This document shows, one piece after another, positions 48,594 to 57,523 of a stretch of 57,523 nucleotides of DNA; the first letter of the stretch is position 1; every line of letters starts with the position of its first letter. The translations under genes were made by a program, and so were the position numbers. Origin of the DNA: Candidatus Bipolaricaulota bacterium (lineage in GTDB: Bacteria; Bipolaricaulota; Bipolaricaulia; UBA7950; UBA9294); NCBI GenBank assembly GCA_040752575.1, contig JBFMGK010000014.1:1-57523 (forward strand), written 5' to 3'. Under the pieces are notes generated by a model, which ran no database searches, had not been told where the DNA came from, and worked only from the letters and a program-made list of their open reading frames with translations.

Positions 48594-48695
48594 AGAACTC
48601 GATGCCGTCACCCTTCGTGGGTCGGTGTCGTTGCGAGGGAAGCGAGTCCCCAAACGGCGGGACGAAGACGACGCATCACGGCCGGGGTTGCCCCC

Positions 48696-48781
48696 TTGAA
48701 AGCTCGACCGACCTCGTGTAATGTCTCCGCTCGTCGCGATCCCGAGCGCTGGTTGACAGCGTTCCGGGGCCGTGATACGAT
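48696..48781 (+). promoter_or_regulatory. tandem rRNA promoters directly upstream of 23S
   Basis: TTGAAA-17-TAATGT (48696-48724) and TTGACA-17-TACGAT (48753-48781); boxA-like TGATCCTTGACAA near 48808. Confidence 0.7.
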
Positions 48782-48838
48782 AAGACCCCGCGCGGCGAAG
48801 CCCGCGCTGATCCTTGACAAGTGAATAGAGTGTGTGCC

Positions 48839-51793
<2,955 letters not shown>

Positions 51794-51837
51794 CACACAC
51801 CCTGTTCACTTGAAGAGGATCAAGTGATGATTGAGAT

Positions 51838-51956
51838 TCCAGGTGGCATATGGCGGAGGGGAAACACCCGTTCCCATCCCGAACACGGCAGTTAAGCCCT
51901 CCTGCGCCGATGGTACTTGCCTCGTAAGGGGCCGGGAGAGTAGGTCGCCGCCTGGT
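51838..51956 (+). rRNA. rrf: 5S rRNA
   Basis: CCCATCCCGAACAC, GATGGTACT, GGGAGAGTAGG; terminal CCAGGTGGC/GCCGCCTGG helix. Confidence 0.96.
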
Positions 51957-52172
51957 TTATGATCCGTGCGTGAAGGGCCTGGATGCGTCCAGGCCCGACA
52001 CCTTTTGACGCGGCAGGTTCTGCGGGACTTAGCCTTGCGGTTGCCTCGAGCCGGCGGATCTCCTACCGTTTGCGTTGCGATGACCGGGTGGGGCACGATG
52101 AGCCTAAGGCGACTTGCCGCCGTCCTTCTTGTGGCGGGGACAGGGCTCTTCGCGGTGTCCAAGGAGGGGATC

Positions 52173-52778
52173 ATGGACGCGGGACAAACGGTAGAACTCA
52201 CCGGGGCCGAGCAGCTCTCCGTGCTGCGTTTCGCGCGTCAGTGCCTCACGGCGCACCTCGAGCTGGAGCCGCGCCCCGTGTTCCCCCAGGAGGCGTGGAC
52301 CTCGTCCCTCCGACAGAAGGCGGCCTGCTTTGTCACCCTCACGTCCTCCGGAGAGCTGCGGGGCTGCATCCTCGACGGCTTCGTGCCGCACGAGTCGATC
52401 GTCGAGAACGTCGCGCGCAACGTCGTCCTTGCGGCCACGGTTGACACGCGGTTCCCGCAAGTCCGAGCCTCCGAGATGTCCCACTTGACGATCGAAGTGA
52501 GCGTGCTCTCGCGGCCGCAGCCTCTTACGTTCCGCGACGGAGAAGATCTCAAGACCCGCCTGCGGCCCGGGGTCGACGGAGTGATCCTTACAACCACGTA
52601 CGGGAGCTCGACGTTCTTGCCGCAGGTCTGGGAGCAGCTTCCGCGCGTCGAGGACTTCCTCGGCGAGCTGTGCCGGAAACACGGAGCACCGCGCGAGTGC
52701 TGGAGAACGAAGGACCTCCTGCGGGTCGAGGTGTACCAGGTGCAGCACTTCTCCGAGGCTGGCGACGCGGCCCATTGA
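52173..52778 (+). CDS. AMMECR1-domain protein
   Basis: ACFVTL, LRGCI, DTRF, IEVSVLS, TFLPQVW; AAGGAGG RBS (alternative start 52098). Confidence 0.85.
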   Translation: MDAGQTVELTGAEQLSVLRFARQCLTAHLELEPRPVFPQEAWTSSLRQKAACFVTLTSSGELRGCILDGFVPHESIVENVARNVVLAATVDTRFPQVRASEMSHLTIEVSVLSRPQPLTFRDGEDLKTRLRPGVDGVILTTTYGSSTFLPQVWEQLPRVEDFLGELCRKHGAPRECWRTKDLLRVEVYQVQHFSEAGDAAH

Positions 52779-52830
52779 CACCTCTTTGGGCGCAGACTAC
52801 GCTTCCGGCGACGCAAGGAGTGGATCGGCA

Positions 52831-53352
52831 ATGCCAAGGGCAGCCAAGCGCCTGGCGGAGAAGCTCTACGGAAGCTCGATCGGCTGGGAGGGGTGGACGT
52901 TCCACATCGTCTCATCTCGGCTCGGAGTCCAGCGAATCGAGGTGTCGTCCGTCTCTCTCGCCGATCTAGCTGAGCATTTGCGGACCCGAATCCTGCCGGA
53001 CGACGTTCCTAACGAGGCGGCGCTCCGCCAGGTGCGCGAATACCTGCGCGGCGAGCGGCGGAGCTTCGATCTCCCGCTCGACCTCCAGGGCACGGCGTTC
53101 CAACTCGCCGTTTGGCGTCAGGTGGCGACGATTCCGTACGCCGCCACGTCGCCATACGGCGACCTGGCCAGGGCTCTTGGGCGAGACAAGGCGACGCGTG
53201 CCGTTGGACAGGCCGTCGGCGCCAACCCTGTTGCGATCGTCATTCCATGCCACCGCGTCGTTGGGAAGAGCGGCGGGCTCACGGGATACCGCGGCGGACT
53301 GCCGCTCAAAGAGCGCCTGCTGGCGCTCGAGCGCGGAAGCTTGAGCCTCTAG
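52831..53352 (+). CDS. ogt: methylated-DNA-protein-cysteine methyltransferase
   Basis: GTAFQLAVW, RAVGQA, IPCHRV. Confidence 0.9.
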   Translation: MPRAAKRLAEKLYGSSIGWEGWTFHIVSSRLGVQRIEVSSVSLADLAEHLRTRILPDDVPNEAALRQVREYLRGERRSFDLPLDLQGTAFQLAVWRQVATIPYAATSPYGDLARALGRDKATRAVGQAVGANPVAIVIPCHRVVGKSGGLTGYRGGLPLKERLLALERGSLSL

Positions 53353-53471
53353 GAGCGCGCTGTGGCTTGGAGCGCAAGGCCTGCGAGGCCTCTCGCCGGC
53401 TGCGAGTCGCGTTCCGTCGGGACTGCGCAGGACGCTTCGGCGGTGGACTCGAGCAGAGAAAGCGAGGCACG

Positions 53472-54545
53472 ATGGCGGACAAGATCGTCGAGATGCTGTG
53501 CGAGCTGGTGCAGGTGGACAGTGAATCCGGGAGCGAGCGGCCGTTCATGGAGTTCGCCGCGCGCTGGCTCGAGCGCGAGACGGGAGCCAAGGCCGAGCTG
53601 GACGCCTACGGCAACGTGATCGCGCACATCGCGGCCAGGGACTCGAAGGCCACCCCCGTGATGCTCGGCGCGCACGGCGATACCGTGAAGCCCGGGCGCG
53701 GCATCCGGCCGCGGGTCGTTGACGGCAACGTCTGCTCGTCGGGCGACACCATCCTCGGTGCCGACGACAAGGCCGGCATCGCGGCGATCGTTCGCGCGGT
53801 CCAGATGGCGAGCCGGCGGCCTCCGGTCGACATCGTCATCACGGTCGGCGAGGAAGTCGGCCTCCTCGGCGCGCGCAACCTCGACCTCAGCAAGGTCCGC
53901 GCGAAGCGGGCGTTCATCGTTGACGGCGAGAAGCTCGAAGAGGTCATCATCGGCGGGCCGACGCACATCAACTTCGACATCACGATTCACGGCCGCGCCG
54001 CCCACGCGGGGATGGAACCCGAGAAGGGCATCTCGGCCATCCGCGTTGCCGCCGTGGCCATCACGCGCATGCCCGAGGGACGCATCGACTTCGAGACGAC
54101 GGCCAACGTCGGAACCCTCGAGGGCGGACTCATTCGCAACGGCGTGCCGGAGGCCGCGAAGATCAAGGCCGAGTGTCGCAGTCTGAACCACGAGAAGGCG
54201 CTCGCTCAGGCGCGGACCATGCGCGAGGCGTTCGAATCCGCAGCGCGCGAGGCCGGCGCGCGGATCGAGATCCGCGAGGAGATCGAGTACACGGCAAGCT
54301 CTGTAGATCCCTCGACGCCTGTCGTCCAGGCGGCGATGGCGGCCGTGCGTGCCGCTGGGCTCACCCCGGTCGCGAAGTCCATCACCGGCGGGACCGACGC
54401 ACTGGTTCTGGCAAACCGCGGACTCGAGGCCGTTGTCTTGGGGTACGGCGGCCTGAAGGCGCACTCCGTCGAGGAGTCGATCCCGGTGAGCTCGCTCGAA
54501 AAGGGAGCCGAGATTCTCCGGAACCTGCTTGAGAGCCTGGCCTAG
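53472..54545 (+). CDS. M20 peptidase T-like protein
   Basis: HGDTV, GADDKAG, GEEVG, AAHAGMEPEKG, GGTD. Confidence 0.88.
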   Translation: MADKIVEMLCELVQVDSESGSERPFMEFAARWLERETGAKAELDAYGNVIAHIAARDSKATPVMLGAHGDTVKPGRGIRPRVVDGNVCSSGDTILGADDKAGIAAIVRAVQMASRRPPVDIVITVGEEVGLLGARNLDLSKVRAKRAFIVDGEKLEEVIIGGPTHINFDITIHGRAAHAGMEPEKGISAIRVAAVAITRMPEGRIDFETTANVGTLEGGLIRNGVPEAAKIKAECRSLNHEKALAQARTMREAFESAAREAGARIEIREEIEYTASSVDPSTPVVQAAMAAVRAAGLTPVAKSITGGTDALVLANRGLEAVVLGYGGLKAHSVEESIPVSSLEKGAEILRNLLESLA

Positions 54546-54550
54546 AGCGT

Positions 54551-54579
54551 TTGACGCGCCTCCGGGCGCGAAGTAGAAT
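54551..54579 (+). promoter_or_regulatory. tRNA promoter
   Basis: TTGACG-17 nt-TAGAAT. Confidence 0.75.
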
Positions 54580-54588
54580 GGACAAGAT

Positions 54589-54664
54589 TCCTCGGTAGCT
54601 CAATTGGCAGAGCGCTCGGCTGTTAACCGAATGGTTGTAGGTTCGAGTCCTACCCGGGGAGCCA
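54589..54664 (+). tRNA. tRNA-Asn (GTT)
   Basis: Acceptor TCCTCGG/CCGGGGA, anticodon loop CTGTTAA, GTTCGA T-loop, encoded CCA. Confidence 0.97.
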
Positions 54665-54840
54665 GGCCGATTCCAGTCGACGTTACCATCGGCCCCATCG
54701 CGCCTCTGGCTCTCGCAGCTGCTCCGACGAAACACGCTCCTGATTCTCTGCGGGCCGAGCCGCGCCACTTCCGCCTTCCTCCCTGTCAATGTAGTGCCTG
54801 GCTTGACGGCCAGGGAGTAGAGGACAACAATCGACTCGCT

Positions 54841-55188
54841 ATGAACGAGCGCGAGGCAGTATTGGCAAAGCTGGCAGGGCACCGAACGGATCTGACCCGG
54901 CTTGGCGTCCGATCCCTTGCTCTCTTCGGCTCGACGGTTCGGGGCGAGGCCCGAGTCGGCAGCGACGTTGATCTCCTCGTTGACTTCGCCCGTCCCGTGG
55001 GGCTCTTTGGGTTCCTCGAAGTGAAGAGCTACCTCGAGCAGCTGCTAGGACGCCGGGTGGACCTCGTCACAGCCCGTGCACTACGTCCTGAGGGTCGCGA
55101 CGCCGTCTTGCGTGAGGCCGTGGACGCCTGGGCGCCGACGCACACGCCAGCCCTTCAACCTCACTTGGGGATCGCCGCAGCGTCGTAG
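54841..55188 (+). CDS. minimal nucleotidyltransferase (MNT antitoxin-like), no HEPN partner seen
   Basis: LFGSTVRGEA..SDVDLLV, LGRRVDLVT. Confidence 0.85.
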   Translation: MNEREAVLAKLAGHRTDLTRLGVRSLALFGSTVRGEARVGSDVDLLVDFARPVGLFGFLEVKSYLEQLLGRRVDLVTARALRPEGRDAVLREAVDAWAPTHTPALQPHLGIAAAS

Positions 55189-55201
55189 TGGCGAGGCGCT
55201 G

Positions 55202-55414
55202 CTAGCGGATGGCGACGTACTCCGCCGAGGATGTTGCCTTCGGTATGGCGAGCCCGTCTTCTCTCAGCCCATCGATATGGAACCCGATGGCGTCGTGCAT
55301 CCGGCGCGTGGCCTGATCGCGCGTCTTGCCGGTGGCGACGCAGCCGGGAAGATCGGGCGAGTACGCGGAATAGTTGCCGCCTGCCTTCTCAACTACAACG
55401 AGGAAGCGCTTCAT
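55202..55414 (-). CDS. hicB: HicB-family antitoxin
   Basis: YSAYSPDLPGCVATGKT. Confidence 0.85.
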   Translation of the reverse strand: MKRFLVVVEKAGGNYSAYSPDLPGCVATGKTRDQATRRMHDAIGFHIDGLREDGLAIPKATSSAEYVAIR

Positions 55415-55614
55415 CTACTCCCCTTCGGCTTCTTGAGCCCCGCTTGCTTGAGGACGCTGCTCAGAGTCCCAGGCGCCAGGTCATCGTCGGGGTGCCCCGC
55501 GATTGTAACGCGTCCGGGCTTCTTTGTGTGCTTGTACTGACGGTGGCTCCCCCGGACCGCAACGAGGATCCAGCCGTCGTCCTCAATCAAGCGAACCACC
55601 TGTCGTATCTTCAT
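55411..55614 (-). CDS. hicA: HicA-family toxin
   Basis: DGW, RGSHRQYKH, GTLSSVLKQAGL; ATGA-type overlap region with hicB. Confidence 0.88.
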   Translation of the reverse strand: MKIRQVVRLIEDDGWILVAVRGSHRQYKHTKKPGRVTIAGHPDDDLAPGTLSSVLKQAGLKKPKGSR

Positions 55615-55793
55615 CGTTGCCCCGTGTGCTGGCCAGCCCACGAGTGTAGCATGCCGCGCCGGCGAGGCGCTTCCCTTTGCTTGCTCTTTGCCCGCCACAG
55701 GTTGTTTCTTCCGTCCATCTGCGCGCGTGGCACGCACGAGGCTGCACACTCGTCCGCTACGTCAGGGTTCGAGGACGTCGGGCGCTTCGTCGC

Positions 55794-56024
55794 TCACTTG
55801 GCGAGCTTCCTCATGGTCTCGTCATGGGCGTCCATCATGCGCTCGGCCGCCGCGTTGAGCCGCGCCGATCGGTTCCTGCGCTGCGGACGTATGATGAGCA
55901 TCTCGCCGTCGGTTCGCACCTCGAGCGGGGTTTCCTTGTCGATCTCCAGCAGCTCCAAGATAGGACGCTCGATGATCAGCCCGAGGCTGTTGCCGATCAC
56001 GGTGAGTCTCTTGATCATGGGCAT
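55794..56024 (-). CDS. AbrB/MazE-family antitoxin-like protein
   Basis: KRLTVIGNSLGLII, DGEMLIIRP; GGAGG RBS; TTGCCA-16-TATACT upstream. Confidence 0.8.
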   Translation of the reverse strand: MPMIKRLTVIGNSLGLIIERPILELLEIDKETPLEVRTDGEMLIIRPQRRNRSARLNAAAERMMDAHDETMRKLAK

Positions 56025-56268
56025 CGCCTCCGTAGCAACGATGTACTAACAAGAGTATAACGCCGGCCATGTGGGTGGCAAGGCCGGCGGTCGTCTCTTG
56101 GATCCAGGATTGCCCTACGCCTACCCATCTACGCTCTCTGCGCGCATGCCGCACGCAAGTCGATGAGGTGCGAGGACGAAAGATGCCTCCAATTCCCTTC
56201 CGACGCACTCCATCGCCTCGCCTCGCCTCGCATGGACGAACTCCTGCCGCTCCGTGTATCCTCCCTTC

Positions 56269-56522
56269 GTGGGCGAGCACGAGAAGCTGTATGAGCACAT
56301 CATGCTACGCCGCTCGGATGCGGCCGTCCCGTTTAGGGCCTTGTGCGGCCTGCTCAAGCGGCTCGGTTTCGACGAACGCATCCGGGGCGACCACCACATC
56401 TTCGCAACGAGTCGCGTCGAAGAGATTCTGAACCTGCAGCCGAAGGGCGGCCGAGCCAAGCCATACCAGGTGAGGCAGATCCGCAGGTGCTCCTGAAGTA
56501 CAATCTGCACTTGGAGGACTAG
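56269..56522 (+). pseudogene. hicA: second HicA-like toxin with apparent frameshift near 56485
   Basis: LGFDERIRGDHHIF..NLQP..KPYQVRQIR stops at 56496; VLLKYNL continues in another frame to TAG 56520-56522. Confidence 0.65.
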
Positions 56523-56524
56523 CC

Positions 56525-56737
56525 ATGGACTCGAAGTACGAGATCATCATCTTCTGGAGCCACGAGGACGGCGCGTTTGTCGCCGAGGTTCCAGAGCTTG
56601 CCGGCTGTATGGCCGATGGCGCGTCGTGCCGCGAGGCCCTCGCCAACGCTGAGCTGGTCATCCGCGAGTGGATCGAGACGGCGCACGAGCTCGGACGGCC
56701 TGTTCCCGAACCGAAGGGGAGACTCGCGTACGCCTAG
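56525..56737 (+). CDS. hicB: HicB-family antitoxin
   Basis: YEIIIFWSHED..VPELAGCMADG..GRPVPEP. Confidence 0.87.
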   Translation: MDSKYEIIIFWSHEDGAFVAEVPELAGCMADGASCREALANAELVIREWIETAHELGRPVPEPKGRLAYA

Positions 56738-57022
56738 CCGCTTCGCGTCAGGCGCGTCGGGGGCGCTGTCCTACCGTGGGATGCGGCCCCGTCACGCAGG
56801 ATGCTGACGTCTTCTGCGGGTGAGAGGAGGCGTAGTGGCTGCCCAGTACGTCCTCCAACTCCGCGTTGCCCTCGTCGGCATTCTTCTTGGGCGTCTGCCA
56901 TTCGACGACCAGCCGAAGGCTTCGCGCGGGGGGCGTGCCCGTACTTGTACGAAGTTCTATGGTAGACCCCACCGGGCGCGCGCCGCTTGCACGCTTTGGC
57001 GACTGTCACTAATCTCGTCGTT

Positions 57023-57523
57023 ATGTCCGACAAAACCGTACTGCCCGAACGCTCGGCCGTTCCGGTCGAGGAGACGTGGGATCTCGAGAGCGTGTTCGCC
57101 GCACCGCAGGACTGGGAGGCGGCCTGCAAGGAACTCCTGGCGCAGTTGCCGAAGCTGGGCAGCTACAAGGGGCGCCTCAAAGAGGGTCCGGCGGTCCTGC
57201 TCGAGTTCATCCCACTCTACGAGGACGCCGCCCGATTGGCGGGCCGGATCTTCGTCTACGCGAGCAATGCGTCCGCGGTGGACTCCCTCGACCAAGCTGC
57301 GATGGGGCGCAGCGGGCAGGCGCGCGGCCTCTTTGCGCGTTTCGGCGCCGCCATAGCGTTCACCGATCCAGAACTCGTAGCGATCGGGTTCGACACGCTG
57401 CGGCGATGGATGGAGCAGACGCCGGAGCTTCGGTTCTTCGCCCACTACATCGATCGGCTCGAGAAGCAGGCGGCACACGTCCGCTCGGGCGACGTAGAAC
57501 AGGTGCTGGCGTTGGCCTCCGAC
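57023..57523 (+). CDS. pepF: oligoendopeptidase F (partial, runs off window)
   Basis: MSDKTVLPERSAVPVEETWDLESVF, open to window end; TTGCAC-17-TAATCT upstream. Confidence 0.8.
   Translation, partial: MSDKTVLPERSAVPVEETWDLESVFAAPQDWEAACKELLAQLPKLGSYKGRLKEGPAVLLEFIPLYEDAARLAGRIFVYASNASAVDSLDQAAMGRSGQARGLFARFGAAIAFTDPELVAIGFDTLRRWMEQTPELRFFAHYIDRLEKQAAHVRSGDVEQVLALASD

Noticed and set aside
55762..55797. 11-codon ORF (MSDEAPDVLEP) overlapping the AbrB stop, possibly a Doc toxin stub
   Set aside because: Too short to support; no Fic/Doc motif downstream
54589..57022. Prophage or integrative element at tRNA-Asn (or at tmRNA)
   Set aside because: No integrase, transposase, phage gene or att repeat seen

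Overview
GC-rich bacterial chromosomal window from an anaerobe. The gene mix (archaeal-type phoU, apgM and scpA, unlinked 23S-5S, group 3d-like [NiFe] hydrogenase) suggests a deep-branching lineage such as Ca. Bipolaricaulota; this is inference only. Contents in order: pstCAB plus AbrB-PhoU; an ~11.6 kb co-oriented cluster of apgM, a DRTGG/HATPase/PHP module and a [NiFe] hydrogenase (HoxUYH + protease) flanked by TWO NuoEF-type diaphorase modules; guaB, purB; an exosortase H/IPTL-CTERM locus with a ~1030-aa repeat surface protein; class III cyclase; ABC-2 exporter; malY; tmRNA; comEC-dprA-ndk-valS-folC-uppS-cdsA; a minus-strand run HTH-smc-scpA-scpB-rubredoxin then iscS-iscU-rrf2; a coiled-coil envelope protein; hydrolase, rsmA; 23S-5S rRNA without 16S; AMMECR1, ogt, M20 peptidase; tRNA-Asn followed by intact and decayed toxin-antitoxin genes; partial pepF. 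Best candidates for novelty: (1) a Hox-type [NiFe] core placed in a locus typical of bifurcating [FeFe] hydrogenases, with one bifurcating-signature and one non-bifurcating-signature flavin subunit; (2) a short-armed 842-aa SMC operon led by an XRE-HTH protein with a QLSLF sliding-clamp motif; (3) a tmRNA tag ending VPSLN instead of the usual AA. All product calls come from motif recognition by eye, without database searches, and start codons were chosen by RBS/overlap inspection.
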